From a virus (taxonomy: Duplodnaviria > Caudoviricetes), in the IMG/VR virus record IMGVR_UViG_3300030943_000011, positions 1,739 through 65,738 of that record: a DNA stretch of 64,000 nucleotides. The stretch is one strand, 5' to 3'. The notes beneath the pieces were generated by a model, which saw nothing but the letters and a program-made list of their open reading frames with translations, did no database searches and was not told where the DNA came from. Both the position numbers and the translations under genes were made by a program. Of this stretch, positions 37,763 to 47,914 are shown piece after piece (within the stretch, counting starts at the first letter, position 1; every line of letters begins with the position of its first letter).

Positions 37763-38074
37763 GAAAAATCAAAAATCAAAATTAAAGGCATCCGTACTGC
37801 TTACATCGATGAAGAAGTGGACGAAAAAAAAGTTGAAGAGAAAGAATCAGTCGAAGAATCGCTGGTAGATCTTATTTTCGACCGATATGCTCCAGCTGAA
37901 TCATACCCCGAAAGCACCGATCAAAAAACCACCCTCGATTTAATCGACGAGATGGAATCGACCTGCGAAGTTTATAAATCAAAAGTTAAAATGGCTATGG
38001 AAGCCAAAGGCTTCAAACTTCACTATACCGGATCCGAATTCATCTGGCTGTTAAAAGAAAGATATAATCAGTAA
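37760..38074 (+). CDS. Hypothetical protein
   Basis: Likely start ATG 37760 (MEKSKIK). Confidence 0.65.
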   Translation: MEKSKIKIKGIRTAYIDEEVDEKKVEEKESVEESLVDLIFDRYAPAESYPESTDQKTTLDLIDEMESTCEVYKSKVKMAMEAKGFKLHYTGSEFIWLLKERYNQ

Positions 38075-38096
38075 TTCAATCCTTCAGTAATTTAAG

Positions 38097-38119
38097 AAGC
38101 GGCAGAAAGCCGCTTTTTT
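38097..38119 (+). terminator. Intrinsic terminator
   Basis: aagcggc agaaa gccgctttttt. Confidence 0.8.
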
Positions 38120-38121
38120 CT

Positions 38122-38157
38122 TGTCCTTTCCATCCGTGTTAGCCTGCATTAGATTTG
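38122..38157 (+). promoter_or_regulatory. Late promoter motif copy 5
   Basis: TGTCCTTTC-N19-TAGATTTG before tape measure. Confidence 0.8.
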
Positions 38158-38197
38158 AATTCAGTAAGTAAATCCTTCAGTAATTCAATTCTTCACC

Positions 38198-41100
38198 ATG
38201 GCACAATCATACGACCGACGAATAAACCTGTACATCAACATTGATGGCAAAGATGTGAAAAACGATGTGGCCAGCATCAAGGCTGAAATGAACAAAATTG
38301 TCAACGCACAAGCCCGCATGACAATTGGCTCGAAAGAATACCAGGCACAAGCTGAAAAAATAAAACATCTTAAAGGCATACTCGACCAGCACCGTCAGGA
38401 TATCACCAGCATCGACAAATCATGGTCGCTGGGCAAAATGGGCGATTCGTTTAACCGCTATTTCTCTTTGATTACGGCGGGTATGGCTTCATTGGTAGGT
38501 TTGGCATTGTCTGTTCGCCAGGTTGTTCAGTCATTTAACGACTTCGAAGAACGCCTCGATAACCTATCGGCTTTAACGGGTTTATCAGGCGAAGATCTCG
38601 ATTGGTTAGGACAGAAAGCAAAAGATCTCTCCACTGCAACGCTCGAAAGTGGAATCCGGGTAACCTATGGAGCGCAGCAAATTGTCGATGCCTTTACCAA
38701 AACCGGATCGGCCCGGCCCGAGCTGCTAAAAAATAAAGAAGCATTGGTCGCAGTAACCACCGAAGCCATCATTTTAGCCAGCGCTGCAAAAATAGAGCTT
38801 CAGCCAGCCATCGAAGGGTTGACCATGGTAATGAACCAGTACAACGTTTCGGCCACTGAAGCCCGTCGCATTATCAATACACTGGGAGCTGGATCCAAAG
38901 AAGGTGCCGGAGAAATTCCTTACCTTACCGTTGGTTTTGAGAAAGTAGGTACCGTTGCTTCTCAGGCCGGATTATCCATCGAAACACTTGTTGCTGCTCT
39001 CGAAACCCTTGCGCCTCGAATGACTCAGCCCGAAATTGCAGGGCGCGGATTAAAAGGCGTATTGCTTGCGCTTCAGGCCGGAGCCGACGATACCAACCCT
39101 AAGATTGTTGGTTTTTCGAATGCGATAGAAAATCTGGCGAAAAAGAACCTGACGGTGACCGAATCAATGGCATTATTTGGTTCCGAAAATATTACCTGCG
39201 CCAATACTCTAACGGCCAACGTCAAGGAATTGAAATACTATGAGCAAGCAGTAACCGACACCAATGTAGCCATCGAACAGGCCGCTATTAATACCGACAA
39301 CAACAATTCGAAACTGGCCCAGGCAAAAAACAGGCTGAACCTGATGAGCATCGAACTGGGTGAAAAGCTTGCACCGGCGCTTACCATTAGCACCAGTGGC
39401 TTATCTTATTTTATTAAGGCAATGAGTATCATGGCCAATTTTGTAAGTCAGAATAAAGTTTTGCTTGTAACATTACTTGTATCTTTAATTGCTTATGGAT
39501 CGGCTATAAGAATAGCCACAATAATGGAAGCGGGTTTAAACCGGGAAAAGGGAATAGGACTGGTTATTACAAAGTTGAGTATTTTCTGGAACAGAGCAGC
39601 CAGTAGCGCAATGCTGTTGTATCAGGCTGCGGTTGCATTACTAACAGGTAATATTACCAGAGCGACACGTGCAATGCAGCTATTTTGGGCATTCTCTGCA
39701 TTAAATCCTGTGGGTTTGATTACTGCAGCAGTTGTAGGATTAGGAGCGGCATTGTATTTTCTTTCCGGAAGGCTCACCGCAGCACAAAAAGCGCAAAAAA
39801 TGCTCAACGACATGAACGTGGAAGCCCAGAAAAATATCGTTGAAGAAAAAATTAAGCTTGAAACATTAATGGATTTGGCCCGCGACGAAAAGCTTTCGAA
39901 AATGGATCGGCTGAAAGCCATTATGCAACTCAATGCCATTTCGCCCAAATATCTCGGAGGCTTAACCCTCGAAAATATTAATACCAAAGCTGCAACCGAA
40001 TCAACAAAAGCTTATACCGAATCACTTTTACATAATGCCCGTGCTCAGGCAGCCAAAGAAAAAATAATAGAGATAGATAAACAACTGCTCGATTTGCAAG
40101 CTGGAAATATAGAAAATATATCATTTTTAGATAAAGCAAGAGTTAGATTGGCAGAAGGGTTTAAGCATGACTATAGTGCAGAAAAGGCTAATACACTAAT
40201 AGCTGCCAAGGCAATTGAAGATTTAACTAAACAAAAAGAAAAGTTGGTTGGCATCGCTAAAGAGCAGGCTGTGGCCGATTTATTAACCGGTGGAGGTGGT
40301 GGCGATCCTATCAATACCGATTTAATCAGAGCCAAAGAACTGGAGCTTGAACTGGCAAATAAAATGCCGCGTTCAACTGAAGCCGAAATAGTGGCAAGGA
40401 ATAAAGCCATCGAAACTATTCAAAAAGAAATCGACCGGCTCAATGCCCTGGGAACCGTAAAAGAAGGTGCTGCAGGCGAAGAGCAAGCTAAACGTGACGA
40501 GAAAGCCATTAAAAAGAAAATGGACTTTGAAGAAGCCGCGCATAACGACGAGATGAGCCGCATTAACCGCGAACATCTCGATGGTAAAACTACCGACGAT
40601 CAGTACAAAGCCGATTTGCTTGATGAAGACCTAAAGTTTCTGGCTAAAAAGTTGACTATTTATAAGGTTGGAAGCAAGGAATATAAAGCCGCTTACAACG
40701 AATCACTGCAGAAACAGGTCGATGCGCAGAAAGTAGTTCAGGATTTACTCCTAAAAGCTCAAAAAGGACTGGCCGATGCCGGTATCGAAAATCTTAAGGA
40801 TGGAATTAACAAAGAAAAAGCTCTTCAGGAGCAACGCTTTAAAGAAGAAATTGACGCCCTGAAAAAACAGTTGCTAGAGAAGGCCGTTCTGTCCGATCAG
40901 GAGATTGCCCTTAACGATACCATCAACCAAACTATTGAACAGAAAAAAATAACGCACCTAAAAGCAATGGCCGATCTGGATAAGGCCGGTGCTTTGCAAA
41001 AACAGATGGATGCTGCAATTATCGATCAGGCTAAAGCAGCAACAGACGAGGAAAAATATGCAGCCGAACGCGAGCTGGCACAGGCGCAATACGATCAGGA

Positions 41101-41899
41101 CATTCAGGACGCCAACGGTAATGCCGCAAAAATAGCCCAGGCCGAACGTGGTCTTTCTGATCGACTGATACAGATTAAGCTCGACGAACTGGATAGGCGG
41201 CAACAAATAGGCGATGCTGTTTTTGGCGCTGCAAATACTTTATTTGGTGCATTGGTCGATTTGGCCGGGAAAGAAACCGCATTGGGCAAAGCGTTATTCC
41301 TGTTTCAACAGACCGCCGCCATCGGACAAATCATTTTTAATACCGGTATCGCTAATGCAAAAGCCCTTGCCGCATCGCCTTTAACGTTTGGCCAACCATG
41401 GGTGACAATTAATACAATAACCGGAGCGGCCAGTATTGCTGCTGTGGTCGCTCAATCAATTGCCGGTTTTTCTGGTGGTGGTTACACCGGATCTGGAAAC
41501 AAAAATGAAGTGGCCGGTCAGGTACATAAAGACGAATATGTAGTACCGTCGAAAGTTTTAAATTCTCCGCTCGGAGCCGCATTGGTAGCTAACCTCGAAG
41601 ACATGCGAACCAATCCGGTAATGGTTACCCAGGCAGCAGTTCAGGCCAGCCGTAGCAACCGGAACTCAGGTTGCGATGCGTCAGCGGCTATGGTGGTCAA
41701 TCCATCGCCAAATACTCCGATCGATTCTGGAGCCGCTTCCCACGATTCCGAGCTAACTAACGCCATAAACAACATGTCGCGGGCAGTGGCTATCCTGGTT
41801 AAAAATGGCGTTCAGTTTCCGATCGTGCCATTTAAAAAGCAATTGGACGAAATCTCCGACCTGATCGATCAGACCGGCATGGGAGGATTTAAAAAATAG
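38198..41899 (+). CDS. Tail tape measure protein (TP901-type core)
   Basis: 1233 aa Ala/Leu-rich coiled coil, hydrophobic NPVG segment, C-terminal FSGGGYTG...AGQVHKDEYVVP. Confidence 0.92.
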   Translation: MAQSYDRRINLYINIDGKDVKNDVASIKAEMNKIVNAQARMTIGSKEYQAQAEKIKHLKGILDQHRQDITSIDKSWSLGKMGDSFNRYFSLITAGMASLVGLALSVRQVVQSFNDFEERLDNLSALTGLSGEDLDWLGQKAKDLSTATLESGIRVTYGAQQIVDAFTKTGSARPELLKNKEALVAVTTEAIILASAAKIELQPAIEGLTMVMNQYNVSATEARRIINTLGAGSKEGAGEIPYLTVGFEKVGTVASQAGLSIETLVAALETLAPRMTQPEIAGRGLKGVLLALQAGADDTNPKIVGFSNAIENLAKKNLTVTESMALFGSENITCANTLTANVKELKYYEQAVTDTNVAIEQAAINTDNNNSKLAQAKNRLNLMSIELGEKLAPALTISTSGLSYFIKAMSIMANFVSQNKVLLVTLLVSLIAYGSAIRIATIMEAGLNREKGIGLVITKLSIFWNRAASSAMLLYQAAVALLTGNITRATRAMQLFWAFSALNPVGLITAAVVGLGAALYFLSGRLTAAQKAQKMLNDMNVEAQKNIVEEKIKLETLMDLARDEKLSKMDRLKAIMQLNAISPKYLGGLTLENINTKAATESTKAYTESLLHNARAQAAKEKIIEIDKQLLDLQAGNIENISFLDKARVRLAEGFKHDYSAEKANTLIAAKAIEDLTKQKEKLVGIAKEQAVADLLTGGGGGDPINTDLIRAKELELELANKMPRSTEAEIVARNKAIETIQKEIDRLNALGTVKEGAAGEEQAKRDEKAIKKKMDFEEAAHNDEMSRINREHLDGKTTDDQYKADLLDEDLKFLAKKLTIYKVGSKEYKAAYNESLQKQVDAQKVVQDLLLKAQKGLADAGIENLKDGINKEKALQEQRFKEEIDALKKQLLEKAVLSDQEIALNDTINQTIEQKKITHLKAMADLDKAGALQKQMDAAIIDQAKAATDEEKYAAERELAQAQYDQDIQDANGNAAKIAQAERGLSDRLIQIKLDELDRRQQIGDAVFGAANTLFGALVDLAGKETALGKALFLFQQTAAIGQIIFNTGIANAKALAASPLTFGQPWVTINTITGAASIAAVVAQSIAGFSGGGYTGSGNKNEVAGQVHKDEYVVPSKVLNSPLGAALVANLEDMRTNPVMVTQAAVQASRSNRNSGCDASAAMVVNPSPNTPIDSGAASHDSELTNAINNMSRAVAILVKNGVQFPIVPFKKQLDEISDLIDQTGMGGFKK

Positions 41900-41966
41900 A
41901 AGTACCCTAGTCCGAGCGCGACCATAAGTCGCCACCGGAGTTTTCTTCCATCTTCCGCACTATTTC

Positions 41967-42002
41967 TGTCCTTTCTCCCGGCTGCGGTCTCCTTTATCTT
42001 CG
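41967..42002 (+). promoter_or_regulatory. Late promoter motif copy 6
   Basis: TGTCCTTTC-N19-TATCTTCG. Confidence 0.8.
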
Positions 42003-42026
42003 GTTCAGTAATTCAATCCTTCAGTC

Positions 42027-43238
42027 ATGATAGATTTTAGCATATACGGTGGTATCGTTCAGCTTTCGGGCAACAAAGTCGAAATTGAAGTATCCAACGA
42101 CGACATCAAAGGCGAATCGCCCCGCGCGATGCTTAAAGCAACCAGTACCGATGGCGCAGTTCCCGGTGGCCCGTTCGAAGATGCAAGAGAATGGCGACCA
42201 TTAACCCCAACTGTTGAAGGATCCGGGAAAGCCATCTTCGACTTTCAGGAATACCTCGACGCTCCAACCGATTATAATTTCACCTTTCCTTATGGCGCCA
42301 CTTATGCCGTGAAACATCCGCTTCGTGCGTTCGATATCGATATCCTTGCAGGCGCGAGTTATATCGACAACGATGTTGAAAGCGCAACTTACGGCCAGAA
42401 AATTACAGCATGGCAGGAAGCTGCCGAAGCAGTCTCTATCCGGATACTGAAGGGAGGAATGAGCCAGTACCGTCAGGCACAATACAACGAAGACGCCACC
42501 GATTTTTATCACGATTGGATCCTTGCAAACAAATACCTGACACACCGGCCAAACAACCAGAAAGTATCGTACAATCAGCCGATAAGGTTGTGGTACTTGC
42601 TACCTGGCGAAACGCAGGTAACACGTGCGCTCTATATTTTTTACACTTGTGCAGACGGGTCTAACGGCGCTACAATGCGCATGGTTACATTAGATCCAGA
42701 CGGGCTTTACGAATTCATACTCGACCCTGCATTGTGGGAACTGCCAGCAAATACAGTACAGTTCGGTTTCTTGCAGATGGAAAACCTGACAATTATTGGC
42801 GAAACGCGGGTTTTCATTATCGATCCGCAATTCTACTCCGAGAATAACACCTTTCTGTTTTTTGCCAACTCGCTGGCCGGCATCGACGATGTGTGGTTTA
42901 CCGGAGCAGTTAAGTTACTGGTCAACTCCGAAGCCGAAACCGGAATTCAGCAGCTCGACCGCAATGCCACTACCCGCGACCGCTCAGTAATAGAAACAAA
43001 CTCAACCGGATCGCGAAAATGGTCCATATTTCCGGGCAATCGGTTAAGTGTGGCCGAAATTGAAGACTTGCAGGATTTCATTTATTCGCGGTTTCGTTGG
43101 TTGGTTTGGAACGGAAAGATCGTGCCGGTAAACCTTGAGCGTGGCGAATTTGAACTGACAAATACCATACGCGACCTGGTCATTAACGACGAACTGGAGT
43201 TCGTATTTGTAGAAGCCCACTCAAATAATCACTATTAA
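42027..43238 (+). CDS. Distal tail/baseplate protein
   Basis: Follows tape measure; FANSLAGIDDVWFTG C-terminal domain. Confidence 0.6.
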   Translation: MIDFSIYGGIVQLSGNKVEIEVSNDDIKGESPRAMLKATSTDGAVPGGPFEDAREWRPLTPTVEGSGKAIFDFQEYLDAPTDYNFTFPYGATYAVKHPLRAFDIDILAGASYIDNDVESATYGQKITAWQEAAEAVSIRILKGGMSQYRQAQYNEDATDFYHDWILANKYLTHRPNNQKVSYNQPIRLWYLLPGETQVTRALYIFYTCADGSNGATMRMVTLDPDGLYEFILDPALWELPANTVQFGFLQMENLTIIGETRVFIIDPQFYSENNTFLFFANSLAGIDDVWFTGAVKLLVNSEAETGIQQLDRNATTRDRSVIETNSTGSRKWSIFPGNRLSVAEIEDLQDFIYSRFRWLVWNGKIVPVNLERGEFELTNTIRDLVINDELEFVFVEAHSNNHY

Positions 43239-43239
43239 A

Positions 43240-43938
43240 ATGAGCGTCATCGATAAGCTTCTAAAGAGCATTCGCGGGGTAGGCAAAGGCAACCCGATTA
43301 CCTATATGCAGCTTTCCGCTATCATCAGGGCGCTGTGGAGCGAAACACATGACAACAATGTGATTGAAAATATTGCACAGGTTGCGCATGGTTTTACAGT
43401 TGGACAAACGGTAAGGCAAAATGGAGAAGGCGCATGGGAATTAGCGCAAGCTGATGCTTTTGGCGTAATGGCAATCGTTTGCAGGGTTGTGACAGCAGAT
43501 ATTTTTTGGATTAGAACCGGTGGATTGCTCCCAGGCGAATACACTATCGCCGCTAAGTATTTTCAGTCAATAGTAACTTCTGGCGCATTAATGATGCAAA
43601 CCGATCCCGAAGTATGGGAAGCGGGGCAATACTGGCAATTTATCGGAACCGGATCGGATAAAGGTTTACTGATCGAAATTGCAGAACCAACCATTATAAG
43701 TGAAATTGCCATCGGAGAAGTGAAAGAAGTTGATCTAATTGGGGTTGTAGATGGCGAAAACAAAAATTATTCAACACCAGTTGCTTATCAACCTGGAAGT
43801 ATATCAGTTTTTTTAAACGGACAAAAATTAAACAAGGACGATTATACAGAGACAAGCGATACAACGGTAACGCTTGTAGACGCTCCTAAAAATACAATGT
43901 TTACAGATGTAGTTTCGGCAATTATAACACTTAAATAG
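43240..43938 (+). CDS. Tail-associated protein
   Basis: AHGFTVGQ..WELAQAD and VFLNGQ..DDYTE modules. Confidence 0.6.
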   Translation: MSVIDKLLKSIRGVGKGNPITYMQLSAIIRALWSETHDNNVIENIAQVAHGFTVGQTVRQNGEGAWELAQADAFGVMAIVCRVVTADIFWIRTGGLLPGEYTIAAKYFQSIVTSGALMMQTDPEVWEAGQYWQFIGTGSDKGLLIEIAEPTIISEIAIGEVKEVDLIGVVDGENKNYSTPVAYQPGSISVFLNGQKLNKDDYTETSDTTVTLVDAPKNTMFTDVVSAIITLK

Positions 43939-43945
43939 TAAAGTC

Positions 43946-44914
43946 ATGACACCATTTAGAAGTAGTACGCAATTAAAGATTGATGAAAATCTGAATTATA
44001 ACGGGAAAAAGGGAGTTAGTTTGGCTGATGGGGTTGATGCTCAGGACGCGGTAACGGTTAACCAGTTGAACAATGCTGTTATGTCAGGATCAACATCAAT
44101 ACATGCACCTGTTGCCGACTTAGCGGCTTCAAAGGCTGTTGTTGCAGCCGCAAGAGCAGATAGGATGCTGATGCTCATAGAAACAATTGGCTTATATGCA
44201 TTCGATGCTCAAAGTACGATAGCCAGTAACGATGACTCGGTAATAAGACCTACTGATATCGCTTCAGATGCTTCAGCCGGAAGGTGGATTCGACTTTCAA
44301 GTAATATTACTGATATTGTGGCAATCTTAAATAATGCTGCAGCTATCACAGTTATTGCCGATGCCGATAAAATGAACGTACTGGTATCGGGGGTGATCAA
44401 AAATGTCACATGGGCTTATATAAAATCAATCCTTAAAACTTATTTCGACGACCTGTACAACAAGTATGTTCACCCAAATCATTCTGGAGATGTTACTTCG
44501 GTTGCTGACGGAGCGCAAACAATTGCAGCCAATGCAGTCACAAACGCAAAGGCAGCACAGATGGCTACTAAAACATATAAAGGTCGTACAAGTGCCGGAA
44601 CAGGAAATGCAGAAGATGTTTCGGTTGCTACGTTAAAAACTGATTTAGGGATGCGTACAAGATACTACAGGCAATCTCTTACTGGTGCTATAACCGGGTC
44701 AAATACAGTATTTACAATCATCGCAAATATAGTTTCAGGCTCAGAAGAACTATTTTTGAACGGTCAACTTCAGGATGCCAATGCCGGGGTCGATTATACG
44801 ATCAGCTACGGAGCTACTACTACAGTAACGTTTGCAACTGCCCCTAAATCAGTGGTTGTCGATGGCGTTACTTATACCGACAAAATATTAATGAGTTATG
44901 ACGTTTTAAACTAA
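43946..44914 (+). CDS. Tail fibre-like protein
   Basis: LADGVDAQDAVTVNQL stalk motif, YVHPNHSGDVT, LFLNGQLQ...DYT. Confidence 0.65.
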   Translation: MTPFRSSTQLKIDENLNYNGKKGVSLADGVDAQDAVTVNQLNNAVMSGSTSIHAPVADLAASKAVVAAARADRMLMLIETIGLYAFDAQSTIASNDDSVIRPTDIASDASAGRWIRLSSNITDIVAILNNAAAITVIADADKMNVLVSGVIKNVTWAYIKSILKTYFDDLYNKYVHPNHSGDVTSVADGAQTIAANAVTNAKAAQMATKTYKGRTSAGTGNAEDVSVATLKTDLGMRTRYYRQSLTGAITGSNTVFTIIANIVSGSEELFLNGQLQDANAGVDYTISYGATTTVTFATAPKSVVVDGVTYTDKILMSYDVLN

Positions 44915-44918
44915 TCAC

Positions 44919-46307
44919 ATGAAAACAAATATTAAGATTTTAGTTGTTGTAGTAATTTTTCTGTTAATGGGTGCAACTGGAACGCTTATCAGGTACGATC
45001 AACTTGTTCCGATAAAGGCTATTCAAATTCTAAATACACCAGCCGGCACGATAAGTTCAACCAACGTTCAGGCAGCGATTGATGAGTTAAACAGTGAAAA
45101 AGAAAGTTCTTTGGGTAATCCTTCAGTAACTGGATATGTTCTTTCATCAACAACAGGAGGATCCAGATCGTGGATTGCTCCGTCAGGTGGAGCAGATGGG
45201 AATAATTATCCTACATCATTAGGGTTTTCGGGTGGAACATTATCATTAGGTAGAAGCGGATTATCTGATTTGACAACTTCGTTGGATGGAAGATACTTGA
45301 CTTCTTATAATGAAACTGACCCAAACATATCTACATGGGCGAGAGCATCAGTTAAACCGAGTTATTCTTATTCTGAAATAGGAAGCCCGCCCACTGCATT
45401 GAGTTCGTTCACAAACGATTTAGGAAATTACGGAAGTTTTGTAACTGGAACTCCGTGGACGTCTATGGGATATTTAACATCTCAAACATCCCATGCAGAT
45501 GTTGTTGTTGATGGTGATTTCACATCTCAAGGAATAATTCTTCGAGGTGCGACATCAGGAACATATTCGATTTTAACAAATAATTCTTCAAATTGGGATG
45601 ACGCTTACAGTAAGATGGGTAAAGTTAATATAGGTGGTTCGTATTTAGTTTTATCGTCTGGCGAATTCTTTGATAATACTTTTGGAACTGGAGTAATGAT
45701 TAAAGATGCTAATCCGACTTCTGGAAGCACAAAACCAGTTCAGTCAGGAGGGGTTTATACAGCATTATCGGGGAAAGCTGCTTTAGCTGGTTCAGCATCT
45801 CAGGCTTTTAGTGCAAGTGAGTTTGATTTACCAAATGGGTGGGTGGTGAATGACCATGATGGCATTTTTAGGTTTTATTATAGTGGCCAAGATAGGGCAT
45901 ATATTGACGGAAGCGGGAACATGGCACTTGACGGTTCTATAACTTCCATTGAGGGATATCGGGGGTCATCAGATATTCGGTTAAAGAAAAATATTAAGCC
46001 AATTGAAAGAAATGTTTCTGCGATAAACCTATGCCAATTTGAAATGAAAAGCGATAGCACTAAACGGATACACTATGGTGCAATTGCTCAGGAGGTAGAA
46101 AAGATTGCCCCGGAATTGGTTTATGAAGATGGAAATGGCATGAAATCAGTTGCATATATCGAACTTCTTGTTCTTAAGGTAGCTCAGCTAGAGAAAGAAG
46201 TTAAATCGAATAAGCAAATACCTGTTATTCCTTCATGGATATGGGCGTGCCTGTTTTCGTTAATAACATTGAATGTTATATTGATAATAAATAATTTAAG
46301 GAAATGA
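44919..46307 (+). CDS. Tail fibre-like protein with peptidase S74 intramolecular chaperone domain
   Basis: SSDIRLKKNI...GAIAQEVEKIAPELV...VAY; hydrophobic N- and C-termini. Confidence 0.8.
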   Translation: MKTNIKILVVVVIFLLMGATGTLIRYDQLVPIKAIQILNTPAGTISSTNVQAAIDELNSEKESSLGNPSVTGYVLSSTTGGSRSWIAPSGGADGNNYPTSLGFSGGTLSLGRSGLSDLTTSLDGRYLTSYNETDPNISTWARASVKPSYSYSEIGSPPTALSSFTNDLGNYGSFVTGTPWTSMGYLTSQTSHADVVVDGDFTSQGIILRGATSGTYSILTNNSSNWDDAYSKMGKVNIGGSYLVLSSGEFFDNTFGTGVMIKDANPTSGSTKPVQSGGVYTALSGKAALAGSASQAFSASEFDLPNGWVVNDHDGIFRFYYSGQDRAYIDGSGNMALDGSITSIEGYRGSSDIRLKKNIKPIERNVSAINLCQFEMKSDSTKRIHYGAIAQEVEKIAPELVYEDGNGMKSVAYIELLVLKVAQLEKEVKSNKQIPVIPSWIWACLFSLITLNVILIINNLRK

Positions 46308-47905
46308 AAAGACTAATTTTATTAACCGTTTTATTGACATTAACAATTTGGTCTTTCGGGCAGACAAACAGCTATGTGACCGAATATTATCTTGCCAATA
46401 CATTCACTCCCAAATCGGGCATAACTCCCGGCTCAAATAATACGCTTTGGATGGATTGCGATCAGATAACTGCACGATATAATGTCACTATTTCAGGGAT
46501 CACAACAACGGGAAATCGGTTGCCATCACAAAACCAATTATCGAATGCGGCAACTGCCCCTACTTATATAGCCGGAGGTCGTAATTATGTTATTGGTTGC
46601 GGGTCATCTGGTGCTATAACCGGATCAAATGCAATAACTGTTGGTACGCTTTTTCTCAGTTATTCGGGTACTACATCAACCTCATATACGACCTATGCTA
46701 TTGAGTCAATCAATAATAATTCGGACGGGGACGGCAATAACTTTTTAACCCTTAAACTGAACGGAACGATCGTTACCGGTGCAACAAATGTTGCGATTAC
46801 CGGATTAGCTACAGGCGCAAACTCCGGATTAACACTCGAATGGAATGATACATCAGGAGCATTGCGTAATGATATTGCGACTCAGAAGTTATCTATTACC
46901 TATCATATTGTCGATTCAAACGGATTATCAGGTGCAACGCAAACGGATTATATCGGTTTGGTTGGATATTATCAGGCATGGGTTTCATTAACCAATGTTG
47001 CAACAACTCATGCTACAATTACCGCTACTGTTTATGGAACGAATATAACAGACTCCGGTATTTATTGGGGACAGATATCTGGAACGTTGCCAAATAAAGT
47101 TTCATCAGGATCAACCACTTCAGGCGCAGCAATAGCTACAAACATAACTGGCTTATGGAACTCAAGCTTATACTATTATAAACTTTATGTTGTTGTTGAT
47201 GGTGGTGCGATTGAATATATTGATGGTACGCAAAGATCATTTATTACACAAGTTCAGTCAGATCTATACACAACAGCGTCGTCGCCATCATGGGTAGCAC
47301 AAACAGGAGTTACAAGCATAACTGTTGAAGCATGGGGCGGTGGTGGTTCTGGTGGTCCTGCAACGGGTACCTCTTCACGTGGTGGCGGTGGTTCTGGTGG
47401 TTCGTATTCTAAAAAAATAGTATCAGTAACGCCTGGCAATACTTATACTGTCTCGATCGGAGCAGGTGCAGTTGCAAACATCACAACAAAAGTAGATGGT
47501 GCAGCTACTAATTTTGGGTCTGGACTTGTGATTGCAAATGGAGGCATAGGGGGTGCATCGACTTCCGGAACTGCCGGAACTGGTGCAACCGGTGTTACAA
47601 CCGGTTCAGTAGGAACTACAATTTACAAAGGTGGTAATGGTGGAAATGGAACGGCTTCCGGATCGTCAGGTGGTGGTGGTTCCGGTGCTGGAAGTACTGG
47701 CGCGGGAAATAATGGATCTTCAGGAACTGCCGGTGCTGCAAAATCAGATAATGGAGGAGCAGGTGGAACAGGAGTAACTACTGCCAATACTTATAACAAC
47801 GGAGGCTCTTATGGTGGTGGTGGTTCTGGTGGATTATCCAACTCATCAACCGATCGCAAAGGTGGAAATGGTGGTGACGGGTATTTAAGAATAACATATC
47901 CATAA
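46304..47905 (+). CDS. Glycine-rich tail/adhesin-like protein with signal peptide
   Basis: VEAWGGGGSGG...GGDGYLRITY glycine-rich domain. Confidence 0.7.
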   Translation: MKRLILLTVLLTLTIWSFGQTNSYVTEYYLANTFTPKSGITPGSNNTLWMDCDQITARYNVTISGITTTGNRLPSQNQLSNAATAPTYIAGGRNYVIGCGSSGAITGSNAITVGTLFLSYSGTTSTSYTTYAIESINNNSDGDGNNFLTLKLNGTIVTGATNVAITGLATGANSGLTLEWNDTSGALRNDIATQKLSITYHIVDSNGLSGATQTDYIGLVGYYQAWVSLTNVATTHATITATVYGTNITDSGIYWGQISGTLPNKVSSGSTTSGAAIATNITGLWNSSLYYYKLYVVVDGGAIEYIDGTQRSFITQVQSDLYTTASSPSWVAQTGVTSITVEAWGGGGSGGPATGTSSRGGGGSGGSYSKKIVSVTPGNTYTVSIGAGAVANITTKVDGAATNFGSGLVIANGGIGGASTSGTAGTGATGVTTGSVGTTIYKGGNGGNGTASGSSGGGGSGAGSTGAGNNGSSGTAGAAKSDNGGAGGTGVTTANTYNNGGSYGGGGSGGLSNSSTDRKGGNGGDGYLRITYP

Positions 47906-47914
47906 ATAATAACC

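Noticed and set aside
47320-47885. GGTGGTGGTTCTGGTGG repeats
   Set aside because: Explained by glycine-rich coding sequence; not a VR/TR pair or array
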